Shown here one piece after another: positions 38,730-48,482 of a stretch of 60,404 nucleotides of DNA. The notes under the pieces were generated by a model, which saw only the letters and a list, made by a program, of their open reading frames with translations, was not told where the DNA came from and did no database searches. The position numbers were made by a program, and so were the translations under genes. Origin of the DNA: a virus (Duplodnaviria; Caudoviricetes); the IMG/VR virus record IMGVR_UViG_3300013006_001053, positions 1 through 60,404 of that record; one strand, 5' to 3'. Each line of letters begins with the position of its first letter. Positions within the stretch are counted from its first letter, which is position 1.

Positions 38730-39131
38730 ATGGTTATGGATTCTTTAATCAACCCCGAAACTGGCGAACCAATTGTCAAAAATGTACGTAGACAGGTTAT
38801 AGAAAAAAAGTATAACTGGGGTCTATATGTATATAAAAAAGCAACTGGAAAATGGTTTACTGACGGAGAAGGCAATGTACTCAATATTGAGGCAATGCGT
38901 AACGACGTAGCCAAAATTGCAGAACTTAAAGCAGCAGCAAAGCATTATGGAGATGAAGGCGATGGAGAAGCAGTATTTGTTCCTGGCCTTACTCGCATTT
39001 CAGATGAAGAGCACTCGGAACAAATGGATCGCATGAAGTCTGGTTTGATTCCATCTATGAACGATTTAGGTGCATGGCATGCAGCCCAGCAAACTCTTAA
39101 TAAAGCAGGAAAGGGTGCATTTGATGAGTAA
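38730..39131 (+). CDS. Hypothetical protein upstream of portal
   Basis: Coupled to portal; TGGTATACT promoter. Confidence 0.7.
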   Translation: MVMDSLINPETGEPIVKNVRRQVIEKKYNWGLYVYKKATGKWFTDGEGNVLNIEAMRNDVAKIAELKAAAKHYGDEGDGEAVFVPGLTRISDEEHSEQMDRMKSGLIPSMNDLGAWHAAQQTLNKAGKGAFDE

Positions 39132-40758
39132 CAGCGATTACCTAGAAGCAAGACTTGGAACAACAGATAAACCTGAAAGCCAATTTAAAAACAGCGATCC
39201 ATTTAATAAATCTTGGGATGAATTAAAAAATCTTGGGGGACTTGAAGATAACTTTAAACGTCGTATTACAAGACAAGTAAATAAAGCAATAACACAAGAA
39301 GGCTATCTTGCCACCAATGGTAATATTGATCTACTTAGTGATTCATATTTAAGTTCAGCAAATGCAGATCCAAAGGGAAAAGAAGACTCGGGTTCAAAGG
39401 CAATTAATCCTGGTTTGGTTTATCGCAATGGTTATGGTTTGTTCGATGTAATTACTCCACCTTATAACATGTATGAACTTGCTAATTTTTATGATACTTC
39501 TTTTGCTAACCACGCTGCTATTGATGCAAAGGTAGAAAATGTTGTGGGTCTTGGTTACCGTTTTGATGTAACAGATCGAACAATGATGAGCCTTGAGAAT
39601 AATGCAGATAAAGGTGCAACACTTCGTGCTAGAAATAGAATTGAAAGAGCAAAGTTAGAACTTCGTGATTGGCTGGAATCATTAAATGATGATGATAGTT
39701 TTACACGCACAATGGAAAAGATATACACAGATCTTCAGGCAACTGGAAATGGGTATATGGAAGTTGGTAGAACCGTAAGTGGAGAAATTGGATATGTTGG
39801 ACATATTCCTTCTACCACAATGCGTGTCCGCAGAATTCGTGATGGCTATGTTCAAATTATTGGACCAAAGGTTGTTTACTTCCGTAATTTTAGTGCTACA
39901 AATAGAAACCCTCTAACTGCAGATAATCGTCCAAATGAAATTATTCACTTTAAAGATTATTCACCTTTAAATACATACTATGGTGTTCCAGATATTATTG
40001 CAGCCCTTCCTTCACTTATTGGTGATCAACTTGCCTCTCAGTACAACATTGACTATTTTGAAAATAAAGCGGTACCAAGATACGTAATTACTCTCAAGGG
40101 CGCAAAGCTATCTGCAGATGCCGAAGATAAAATGTTCCGATTCCTACAAACAGGTTTGAAGTCACAGTCTCACAGAACTCTCTATATTCCACTTCCTGGA
40201 GATACTGATAATTCTAAGGTTGAGTTTGAAATGAAACCAATTGAAAATGGCATTCAGGATGGATCGTTTAAAGAATACCGCAAGCAAAATCGTGATGATA
40301 TTTTAATTGCTCATCAAGTTCCAATTTCTAAACTTGGTGGCTCAGACTCTAGTGCTATTGCAGCAGCCCTTGCTCAAGATCGCACATTTAAAGAACAGGT
40401 TTCACGTCCAGAACAGCAGCATCTTGAAAAAGTAATCAGCAAACTTATCAAAGAAAGAACAGACATTCTTCAGTTTAAGTTTAATGAACTTACTCTTACA
40501 GATGAAATTGCACAGTCTCAAATTCTTGAGCGCTATGTCAAAAACCAGATCATGCTACCTAACGAAGCCCGTGAGATCCTTGATCTTCCACAGGCAGACC
40601 ATGGAGATGAGCCACTTGAACTTAGCCCAAGGCAGGCAGCAGATTCAAGAGCAAATGGTAATCGCTCTAGAGATGCAGAAAGAACAAACAACCAGTCTGA
40701 CGGATCTGCAACAGTTGCTGGTCGAAATCCAAAGGGTGAAGGTAGAGCATCTCAATAA
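39124..40758 (+). CDS. Portal protein (HK97/PBSX-like)
   Basis: TGNGYMEV, NEIIHFK..YYGVPDI, YFENKAVP, NEARE..LP; position in head module. Confidence 0.92.
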   Translation: MSNSDYLEARLGTTDKPESQFKNSDPFNKSWDELKNLGGLEDNFKRRITRQVNKAITQEGYLATNGNIDLLSDSYLSSANADPKGKEDSGSKAINPGLVYRNGYGLFDVITPPYNMYELANFYDTSFANHAAIDAKVENVVGLGYRFDVTDRTMMSLENNADKGATLRARNRIERAKLELRDWLESLNDDDSFTRTMEKIYTDLQATGNGYMEVGRTVSGEIGYVGHIPSTTMRVRRIRDGYVQIIGPKVVYFRNFSATNRNPLTADNRPNEIIHFKDYSPLNTYYGVPDIIAALPSLIGDQLASQYNIDYFENKAVPRYVITLKGAKLSADAEDKMFRFLQTGLKSQSHRTLYIPLPGDTDNSKVEFEMKPIENGIQDGSFKEYRKQNRDDILIAHQVPISKLGGSDSSAIAAALAQDRTFKEQVSRPEQQHLEKVISKLIKERTDILQFKFNELTLTDEIAQSQILERYVKNQIMLPNEAREILDLPQADHGDEPLELSPRQAADSRANGNRSRDAERTNNQSDGSATVAGRNPKGEGRASQ

Positions 40759-40787
40759 TTGAGAAATCTACAAAAACATTTGGTATA

Positions 40788-42113
40788 ATGGAATACACTA
40801 TGAACACAAATAAAGCTTTTTGGACCACTGACGGTGACAATGTTCGCCTATCAATGCCTTTTGGTAAAGTCGACATTGAGAAGAGAATTGTTTCTGGTTT
40901 TGCATCTTTGGATAATGTTGATAAGCAATTTGATATTGTTACAACTGAAGCATCTATGAGTGCTTTTGCAAAATTCCGTGGCAACATTCGTGAGATGCAC
41001 CAACCATCAGCAGTTGGTAAAATGATTTCATTTAAAGAAGAAAAATATTTTGATCCAGAATCAAAGAAGTTTTATAAGGGCATTTATGTTTCTACATACA
41101 TCTCTAAGGGCGCAAACGATGCTTGGGAAAAAGTTCTAGATGGAACCTACACTGGTTTTTCTATCGGGGGACGAATGAACAAGTGGGATGATGCATACAA
41201 TGAAGAACTTGATAAATCAATTAGAATTATTAAAGACTACGACCTAATTGAGTTAAGTCTTGTAGATTCACCAGCGAATCAGTTTGCAAGTATTATGTCA
41301 GTTGAAAAAGTTGACGGGGTAAATATAATTAAAGGCGAAATAGCAAATACCGTTGTAGAGAATGTATTCTACGATGAAGAAACAGGAATTGTACTTACAT
41401 CTGATGAAGAAACATATCTCAGTCCAGTAAGTGGTAACGAAATGAAAAACATTGGTTTTGTAGAAAAAAATGACTCAGATAAAGCAGATATGATAAAGTT
41501 CTTAGTTGATAGTGCTAAAGGCATTAATACTTCTAAGATTAACAAGGAGGTAAGCCCTATGTCAGAAGATACAGCAGTTCTCGATGCTCCAGTAGTGGAA
41601 GAGACACAAGAAGTATCAGTAGCGATCACTCCAGAGGCACAACCAACAGAAACAGTAGAAGCAGTTCTAGAAGCAGAGGCACCAGTTGCTGAAGCAGAAA
41701 AGTCTGATTCAATTGTAGAAGATAGTGCTACATCTTCAGTAGAAGATGCAATTCAGAATCCAGAAGCACCAGCAGCAGAAGATGCTGCAAAGGCTGATGA
41801 AGTAATCGCAAATGCAATTACTGAAATTAAGGATTCTGTTACTAATGCCTTTGGCGATCTAACAGCAACACTTAAGTCACTTAGTGATGAAGTTGCTAAT
41901 ATAAAGAAGTCTCTTGATGCCACAACAACTGATGTGAATCAGATCAAGGGTACTTTTAATGAAATTGGAAAGAGAGTTGATTCCGTAGAAAAGGACACCG
42001 CTTTCCGCAAGTCTGGCGATCTAGGCGAGATCGTGCAGGAATTGGATTCAACTCCAGTTCAAAAATCCCTATGGGGCGGACGTTTCCTCAAATTCTCCGA
42101 CCTATACAACTAA
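40788..42113 (+). CDS. Prohead protease with C-terminal scaffold
   Basis: VSGFAS, REMH, GFSIGG, ELSLVDSPAN; acidic/coiled-coil tail. Confidence 0.9.
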   Translation: MEYTMNTNKAFWTTDGDNVRLSMPFGKVDIEKRIVSGFASLDNVDKQFDIVTTEASMSAFAKFRGNIREMHQPSAVGKMISFKEEKYFDPESKKFYKGIYVSTYISKGANDAWEKVLDGTYTGFSIGGRMNKWDDAYNEELDKSIRIIKDYDLIELSLVDSPANQFASIMSVEKVDGVNIIKGEIANTVVENVFYDEETGIVLTSDEETYLSPVSGNEMKNIGFVEKNDSDKADMIKFLVDSAKGINTSKINKEVSPMSEDTAVLDAPVVEETQEVSVAITPEAQPTETVEAVLEAEAPVAEAEKSDSIVEDSATSSVEDAIQNPEAPAAEDAAKADEVIANAITEIKDSVTNAFGDLTATLKSLSDEVANIKKSLDATTTDVNQIKGTFNEIGKRVDSVEKDTAFRKSGDLGEIVQELDSTPVQKSLWGGRFLKFSDLYN

Positions 42114-42140
42114 CATAAAAATCACTAGGAGGTGAACAAT

Positions 42141-43259
42141 ATGTCAGAAGATATCGTAAAAAACTATCCAGGAACTACCCTTGGCCACGGCCATGACGGA
42201 ACAGGTGCAGTAGCATCTGGTTCTACAGGAGCCGCAGCAACCATCGTAAGTGGTCGTGACGGCGTTCTAGGTAACATTACTGGAGCAAATTACGGAACAT
42301 CAGGTGCCAACGCGGTTAGCCCGTCTGGTACTGCAGGTGGTATCCTATTGCCTGAACAAGCACGTCGCTTCATTGATTATGTGTGGGATGCTACAGTTCT
42401 CGCTAAAGATGGACGTAGAGTTACAATGCGAGCAAATACAATGGAACTTGAAAAAGTCAACGTTGGTGAGCGTGTAATTCGTGCAGCAGCACAAGCAGAC
42501 CCTACATTTACAAATGCAGGCGCTACTTTCTCAAAGGTTGAATTGACTACAAAGAAGATTCGTCTGGACTGGGAAGTATCAACAGAAGCACTAGAAGATA
42601 ACGTAGAAGGCGGCGCTCTTGAAGACCACCTAGTACGTTTGATGACAAGCGCTTTTGCTAACGACATTGAAGATCTTGCAATTAATGGTCTAGGTTCAGG
42701 CAACAATGCTTTCCTTAACATTATGGAAGGTTTTGTTAACAGAGCACAAACAGACGGCAGCGCACACGAGTCATTCGTAACTGTTGCTGACAATGCATGG
42801 ACAACAGAAGTAATGCAAAACATTATTCTCGCAATGCCACGCAAGTACCGTGCAATCAAGAACAACCTTAAGTTCTATGCAGGCACAGACGCATTCCAGG
42901 GTATCATTAAGAACAATGGTACATTGGCTGATGCAATCGCAGAAGCATTTGCTGGCAAGCCAGCAGGTACACCTGCAAATCGTCAAGCATACCTTGATGG
43001 CGGAGCGCAGACATTTGGTGGAGCACGTACAACTCGTGTTCTCGGTGTTGAAGTTCAGGAAGTTCCTTACTACCCTGCAGGCTATGTCGACTTGACATTC
43101 CCACAGAACCGTGTATGGGGATTCCAACGTGATATCACTGTAAACCGTTTCTACCAGCCAAAGAAGGACACAATTGAGTACACAGTATTCGTCCGCTTCG
43201 GTATTCAATGGGAAGAACTTGACGCAGTTGCATACGCAACAGCAGCAAACAACTCATAA
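42141..43259 (+). CDS. Major capsid protein (HK97 fold)
   Basis: GGILLPEQARRFID, EALEDNVEG, EDLAING; RBS GGAGGTG; follows protease. Confidence 0.92.
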   Translation: MSEDIVKNYPGTTLGHGHDGTGAVASGSTGAAATIVSGRDGVLGNITGANYGTSGANAVSPSGTAGGILLPEQARRFIDYVWDATVLAKDGRRVTMRANTMELEKVNVGERVIRAAAQADPTFTNAGATFSKVELTTKKIRLDWEVSTEALEDNVEGGALEDHLVRLMTSAFANDIEDLAINGLGSGNNAFLNIMEGFVNRAQTDGSAHESFVTVADNAWTTEVMQNIILAMPRKYRAIKNNLKFYAGTDAFQGIIKNNGTLADAIAEAFAGKPAGTPANRQAYLDGGAQTFGGARTTRVLGVEVQEVPYYPAGYVDLTFPQNRVWGFQRDITVNRFYQPKKDTIEYTVFVRFGIQWEELDAVAYATAANNS

Positions 43260-43271
43260 TCGCTAAAACGA

Positions 43272-43311
43272 TTGACTTGGGGAACGGTGTAAAAGCCGTT
43301 CCCTTCAGTCA
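43272..43311 (+). terminator. Stem-loop after capsid gene
   Basis: TGAC..GGGAACGG/CCGTTCCC..GTCA. Confidence 0.65.
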
Positions 43312-43328
43312 TTTATAGGGAGAATAAA

Positions 43329-43565
43329 ATGTCTTATCCAGGTGAACCAATAGACCATAGCCATAATGGTGAGGGAGCAATTGTTACATTAGGAAACCCA
43401 GGTGTTATTATTATGGGATCTAGCGGTCTACAAGTTAATACCATGGGAACTTCAGGAGCAACTCTTGGAGAAACTTCTGGACCAAATGCTGTAAATCCAT
43501 CAGGAACACCAAACGGAATTCGTTTACCAATGCAAAATAATTTTGGCAGAGGAAGACGACGCTAA
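43329..43565 (+). CDS. Stand-alone paralog of the capsid N-terminal arm
   Basis: YPG...HxHxGxGA and TSGxNAVxPSGTxxGIxLPxQ shared with the MCP. Confidence 0.75.
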   Translation: MSYPGEPIDHSHNGEGAIVTLGNPGVIIMGSSGLQVNTMGTSGATLGETSGPNAVNPSGTPNGIRLPMQNNFGRGRRR

Positions 43566-43593
43566 TTCTGGTATAATGACATAGGAGGAACTA

Positions 43594-43941
43594 ATGTCTA
43601 TTATTGAAGATTTGTCTAAAAAGACTGTTATGGAAATAAAGTCTTATGCAAAAAATAACAAGATTGACCTTCTTGGCGCAACAACAAAGCTGCATATGCT
43701 TGAGATAATTGCTAGTTGGACCCCAAGAGAAGATACAATAGAGTCTAAAAAGGTTGAAAAAAAAGCAGAAGAAAAGGTAGCACTATTTTCTGAAAGAAAC
43801 ATATACTGGAATGAAGTCGGAGAAGTTGTAAGAGGATATAATATTGTAACCAAGGAGGTTTCTGAAAAATGGCTTACTCACGAGAAGGTTCGTATAGCGA
43901 CACCTCAAGAAGTAGCAAGGCACTACGGTAAACAAATATGA
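43594..43941 (+). CDS. Hypothetical protein (HeH/Rho-N-like N-terminus)
   Basis: LSKKTVMEIKSYAKNNKIDL..TK; RBS GGAGG. Confidence 0.65.
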   Translation: MSIIEDLSKKTVMEIKSYAKNNKIDLLGATTKLHMLEIIASWTPREDTIESKKVEKKAEEKVALFSERNIYWNEVGEVVRGYNIVTKEVSEKWLTHEKVRIATPQEVARHYGKQI

Positions 43942-44930
43942 TAGTTCTCAGACTGCCTCCATATCCAATTAATATCACATACGATGTTCCTTTGGCAAGT
44001 ACCAATTATTTAGTTACTATTGAAAACTCTACAAGAACAGTAAGAACGTCTCAGGTAATTACGTCTAGCGCAGGCAAAAAGGTCACTCTTTCCCTTGCTG
44101 GTGATTTGATCAAATATGACCATGATTACTCTGTTCAAATTTATAAAATTAATAACAATGCAGATTCAGAACAAAATATTGTTGTTCAAGATATGCTTAC
44201 TATTATACGACCATACGTCAATCCAAATACGCTAGGAGTAACTGCAACAGAGATTGCAGAAGCAACACGTAACGAAAGTATTGCCAGAGCAATAGTAGAC
44301 TCATTAACCACTCGTGGGTTTACGTTTGAAAGAAAGATTCTTGAGGTTGTTGGTCAGGGAACAGACTATATTCCTGTCTGGGGAACAATCTATAAAATTA
44401 ATCAAGTATTTGAAAATGGCAAAATTGTATATGACATTAACAATACAACAACTGGTCCTGCTCTAGATGGATTTCACTATGAGGTTACAAAAGACAGAAC
44501 TGCTATTGTAAAGGTTCCTACAGATTCATCTTATTATGATTCAAAGGATCGCTCAGAAAGAAAACCTCTTAAGTACAGAGATGCAGGCTCAGACTCATTT
44601 TATACCTATGCTCCATATGAAAATTATGACAACATGTGGAGTAATACAAAAAATACAGCAGTTGCATTTCCTGAAGGGTTTGATTATATAATTGACTATG
44701 ACTCTGGATATAAAGTTATTCCAAATGATATACAAGATGCTATGACAATGATAATTGATGATCTTAAATGCGGAAGAATGGATCACTACAAGTCCTACGT
44801 TAGCGAATACGAAACAGATCAGTTTAAAATAAAATATGATTCATCTAAATTTGCTGGCACTGGTAATATCATGGTTGACATTATTCTTGACAAGTACACA
44901 ACAAACTTTCGTACTCCAGGGATGCTGTGA
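43938..44930 (+). CDS. Head-tail adaptor/neck protein
   Basis: Position; GYKVIPNDIQDA motif. Confidence 0.65.
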   Translation: MIVLRLPPYPINITYDVPLASTNYLVTIENSTRTVRTSQVITSSAGKKVTLSLAGDLIKYDHDYSVQIYKINNNADSEQNIVVQDMLTIIRPYVNPNTLGVTATEIAEATRNESIARAIVDSLTTRGFTFERKILEVVGQGTDYIPVWGTIYKINQVFENGKIVYDINNTTTGPALDGFHYEVTKDRTAIVKVPTDSSYYDSKDRSERKPLKYRDAGSDSFYTYAPYENYDNMWSNTKNTAVAFPEGFDYIIDYDSGYKVIPNDIQDAMTMIIDDLKCGRMDHYKSYVSEYETDQFKIKYDSSKFAGTGNIMVDIILDKYTTNFRTPGML

Positions 44931-45376
44931 TGAATTGTGATACAACAGACTTTATGTACCCCATGCTTGCCGATGTTTATTATCCAATAATTACACAAAG
45001 CGAATATGGCAAAGCCATTAAAGAATGGATCTTTGATAGAACAATTACATGCAATGCACAATCTGTAAATCAAAAAGCAAATGAAGACACTTCTCCAGCA
45101 GTGTTTTTAGTTTCTGAAGGCAAACTTATTGCAAGATCAAAATCAGACATAAGAACATCTTCAAAAAATGAAAATAACAACATTACTAATATTCTTATAA
45201 CAAATATTAGGCTTCCAGGAGATAACCTAGTTTATAGAGAAACAGCAGGGCCAAGAAGCGGAAGAGGCACAATATTTGAAATTGCAACTGTTGAGCCTTT
45301 TGTTGGAGGGCTTCAGAGCATTGAATACTACCACATGGTATTGCGTAGATCTGAAAATCAGACAGTGGGCGAATAA
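44927..45376 (+). CDS. Putative head-closure protein
   Basis: Position and size. Confidence 0.55.
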   Translation: MMNCDTTDFMYPMLADVYYPIITQSEYGKAIKEWIFDRTITCNAQSVNQKANEDTSPAVFLVSEGKLIARSKSDIRTSSKNENNNITNILITNIRLPGDNLVYRETAGPRSGRGTIFEIATVEPFVGGLQSIEYYHMVLRRSENQTVGE

Positions 45377-46053
45377 TGAATATTGTTATGAATACTAAAC
45401 ACCTTGAAAAAATTATAGGCAATGCTATTGACTATTCTTTTGGATTTTTAGACGGGGCACAAAAGGGCAAAAATATATTTTTAAAAAACCTTGGAAACAG
45501 TGTTATTGGAATACTAAAAGACTATATAGATGTTGAGGCAAGGTCTAATCCTAAAGCACTTCATCACATATATGAATGGTATCAAGTCGGTAGTCCTAAA
45601 GCAAGGCTGTATGATTTTACATATACCGTTAGCAATGTTGGTCTTTCTTTTAAGTCAAGTTTTAAGCAATCAAAAAGTTTACCATCAGGTTCATCGGTAC
45701 CCTTTGAAAATAAAGCAAAGATTATGGAGAATGGAACTCCAGTAACGATATCTCCAGTAAGATCAGAGGTACTTGTTTTTGAAGCAAATGGGCAGACAGT
45801 CTTTACAAAAAAAGATATAGATATTCAAAATCCTGGAGGAACAGAGGTTCAGGGTTCATTTGAAAAAGTAGCAGACGAATTTTTTAGAGTATATTTTAAG
45901 CAATCATTTTTAAAATCTTCTGGACTATATTCTTACATAAAGAAACCAGTTATATACAAAACTAACTTTAAAACTGGTACGAGGGTAGGAAGATCTTCTG
46001 GAATTGAAACGGGATTTAAATGGATTGCAAACGCACATATTGGGGTAGAATAA
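45376..46053 (+). CDS. Putative neck/tail-completion protein
   Basis: Position; MENGT...NPGG motif. Confidence 0.55.
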   Translation: MNIVMNTKHLEKIIGNAIDYSFGFLDGAQKGKNIFLKNLGNSVIGILKDYIDVEARSNPKALHHIYEWYQVGSPKARLYDFTYTVSNVGLSFKSSFKQSKSLPSGSSVPFENKAKIMENGTPVTISPVRSEVLVFEANGQTVFTKKDIDIQNPGGTEVQGSFEKVADEFFRVYFKQSFLKSSGLYSYIKKPVIYKTNFKTGTRVGRSSGIETGFKWIANAHIGVE

Positions 46054-46057
46054 GACT

Positions 46058-46597
46058 ATGGCAACAGTAGCGGCAGAGACAGGCTTTCCACCCACCTTTA
46101 TTAATAAATATATTATTGCTCAGTTAAAGGAGTTCGGTATAGTAACTGGCATTGAGGGTATAGATCCAATCGTTCCAGTCCAGTCTACTAACCTAGACGA
46201 CCTATTTGGAGAAATTACAGTAACTGGAGATGCATTTTTAATAGCATATGACAGACTAGCAAGATACAGACCAAACTCAATGTACAGACATAAGAGAGAA
46301 CAACTAGTTTATACGATCCACTCGTCTAGCGATGCCCAAGGGTTTGATATAGCCAGGATTATTACGGCTGCCCTAGATAGGGAAGACTCAGCAGCACAAG
46401 ATGTGAATGATTGGCTTATTAGTAATCCGAGCCAAGTCCCAACATTAAATGTATTTTTTCATCGTTTTAAGGTTTTTCAAATTGACGAAACCAGAGATCT
46501 GGTTGAACTAGGATCTATCAAGTTCAACTTTAGAGGCAAACTAATAATAGAGTACGACTACCACACTAAAGACTCAGCAACCCCCAAATACACTTAA
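46058..46597 (+). CDS. Putative tail terminator
   Basis: Directly before major tail gene. Confidence 0.55.
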   Translation: MATVAAETGFPPTFINKYIIAQLKEFGIVTGIEGIDPIVPVQSTNLDDLFGEITVTGDAFLIAYDRLARYRPNSMYRHKREQLVYTIHSSSDAQGFDIARIITAALDREDSAAQDVNDWLISNPSQVPTLNVFFHRFKVFQIDETRDLVELGSIKFNFRGKLIIEYDYHTKDSATPKYT

Positions 46598-46673
46598 AAA
46601 CACTGTTATAATTAATACGAGGAAACAACGCCAAACAACTTAATAACCCTATTTAGGAGAAAGAGGTAAATAA

Positions 46674-47309
46674 ATGCCATTTACTCGTGGTACATCGACC
46701 AACATAATCGTTGGTGCAGCAGCACTATTCGTTTGTGATACAACTTTGTCTCCATCAACATTAACTAGTCCAGAGGCTGGAAAGCCCTTTACAGACACAA
46801 TTACTGCTGATGTAGATTACACAAACGTTGGTTATACAATGAACGGACTTGAACTACAGTTTCAACCTGACTTCGGCGAAGTTACAGTTGACCAGATTCT
46901 TGACGTTGCAAAGCTTTACAAGCAAGGCATGCAGGTTAATCTTGCAACAGCATTTGCTGAAGCAACACTAGAAAATCTTCTACTTGCTTTGGCTTACGGC
47001 GATTCTAAGTTAACAGGATCAAAGTCATCTTCATCAGGACGTGCACTTAACCTTTCTGCAGGAGAACTTGGCGAATGCCCAGTTGAGCGTGGTATCGTTG
47101 CAGTAGGCCCAGGAACTGGCGATTGCGTCAATTCTGCTTACGTAGAGCGTGTCTACACAGCATACCGTGCACTTTCAATTGAGAATGTTACAGTATCTGC
47201 AAAGCGTGACGAGGCCTCAATGTTTGAAGTTTCATTCCGTCTACTTCCAGAGGATGTTTCTGGTTCATATGGTAAGATCGTAGATCGTACCTGGACACCA
47301 GCATCATAA
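46674..47309 (+). CDS. Major tail protein
   Basis: NIIVGAAALF, VGYTMNGLE, VDQ, AEATLENL; terminator follows. Confidence 0.85.
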   Translation: MPFTRGTSTNIIVGAAALFVCDTTLSPSTLTSPEAGKPFTDTITADVDYTNVGYTMNGLELQFQPDFGEVTVDQILDVAKLYKQGMQVNLATAFAEATLENLLLALAYGDSKLTGSKSSSSGRALNLSAGELGECPVERGIVAVGPGTGDCVNSAYVERVYTAYRALSIENVTVSAKRDEASMFEVSFRLLPEDVSGSYGKIVDRTWTPAS

Positions 47310-47329
47310 TTTAATACAAAAAACGACTT

Positions 47330-47358
47330 AGCCCATCTCTTCGGAGGTGGGTTTTGTT
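47330..47358 (+). terminator. Intrinsic terminator
   Basis: AGCCCATCTC-TTCG-GAGGTGGGTT plus T-tract. Confidence 0.8.
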
Positions 47359-47394
47359 GTTTAATAAGACGCTTTGTGGTAGAATAGAATTAAT

Positions 47395-48105
47395 ATGGCT
47401 ACAACAATATATAAAAGTGCTATTATTCATTTGTTTGATGGCACAGAGTTAGAGATTATTCCATTAAAGATTAAGTATCTTCGTGAGTTTATGGATGCAT
47501 TTGAGCATGTCAAAAACACAAAAGGCGATGATGAGGCAATAGAAAAACTTGTAGAGTGTGTAAGAATTTGCATGAAACAATACTATCCAAGAATATCTAG
47601 ATCCATCGAAGACATAGAAGACAGTGTTGACATGAGGACTATATATACTATTTTAGATATTGCTGCAGGAATAAAAATCAATAAGCAATCCGAGGAACCT
47701 GTTAAAGATCAAGTAGAACGCAATGGGGACACATGGGCAACCCTTGATTTAGCAAAACTAGAATCCGAGGTTTTTTTGCTGGGGATTTGGAAAGACTATC
47801 AAGAATTAGAAAAATCTTTATCAATGGCAGAGTTAATGGCAACGCTACAGAGTAGCAGAGAACTAGACTATAATGAAAAAAAGTTTTTGGCTGCTATTCA
47901 GGGAGTTGACTTAGACAAAGAATCTGGTAGCGAGAAAGGCCAGAAAGAATGGGAAGATATGAAAGCCAGAGTATTTAGTGGTGGAGCAACTTCTGATTCA
48001 AATGATGTTCTTTCCTTGCAAGGAGCAAATGCTCAAAAAGCAGGGTTTGGAATTGGGATGGGTCTTGATTATGAAGACGGGCGAGACCCCTCTCTTATGC
48101 TATAA
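47395..48105 (+). CDS. Tail assembly chaperone, long (GT-like) form
   Basis: Between MTP and TMP; N-domain paralogous to 48133. Confidence 0.7.
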   Translation: MATTIYKSAIIHLFDGTELEIIPLKIKYLREFMDAFEHVKNTKGDDEAIEKLVECVRICMKQYYPRISRSIEDIEDSVDMRTIYTILDIAAGIKINKQSEEPVKDQVERNGDTWATLDLAKLESEVFLLGIWKDYQELEKSLSMAELMATLQSSRELDYNEKKFLAAIQGVDLDKESGSEKGQKEWEDMKARVFSGGATSDSNDVLSLQGANAQKAGFGIGMGLDYEDGRDPSLML

Positions 48106-48132
48106 TTAACATAGCCTAAATAGGAGGAAAAA

Positions 48133-48465
48133 ATGGCAACAACAGTACACGAGGGTGAAGAACTTACTCTAATGGATGGCTCAAAGATCAAGGTTCGTCC
48201 CTTGAAAATCTCTTTGCTTCGTCCATTTATGAAGAAATTCGAACAGGTAGCGGCAGTAGCAGAAGATAACGAGAAGTCAATGACTCTTCTTATTGAATGC
48301 GTACAAATTGCTATGGAACAATATGAGCCAAATCTTGCAAAAGATTTAAAGGCTCTAGAAGATATCTTAGATCTACCAACAGTTTACAAGGTAATTGAGG
48401 CCGCTTCAGGTGTCAAACTTACTGATGCAAACTCTTTGCTGAACACAGTTCTTGCAAACAATTAA
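48133..48465 (+). CDS. Tail assembly chaperone, short (G-like) form
   Basis: DGxxxxxxPLKIxxLRxFM...LxECVxIxMxQY shared with 47395. Confidence 0.7.
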   Translation: MATTVHEGEELTLMDGSKIKVRPLKISLLRPFMKKFEQVAAVAEDNEKSMTLLIECVQIAMEQYEPNLAKDLKALEDILDLPTVYKVIEAASGVKLTDANSLLNTVLANN

Positions 48466-48482
48466 ATAAAGAGGTGACATAG

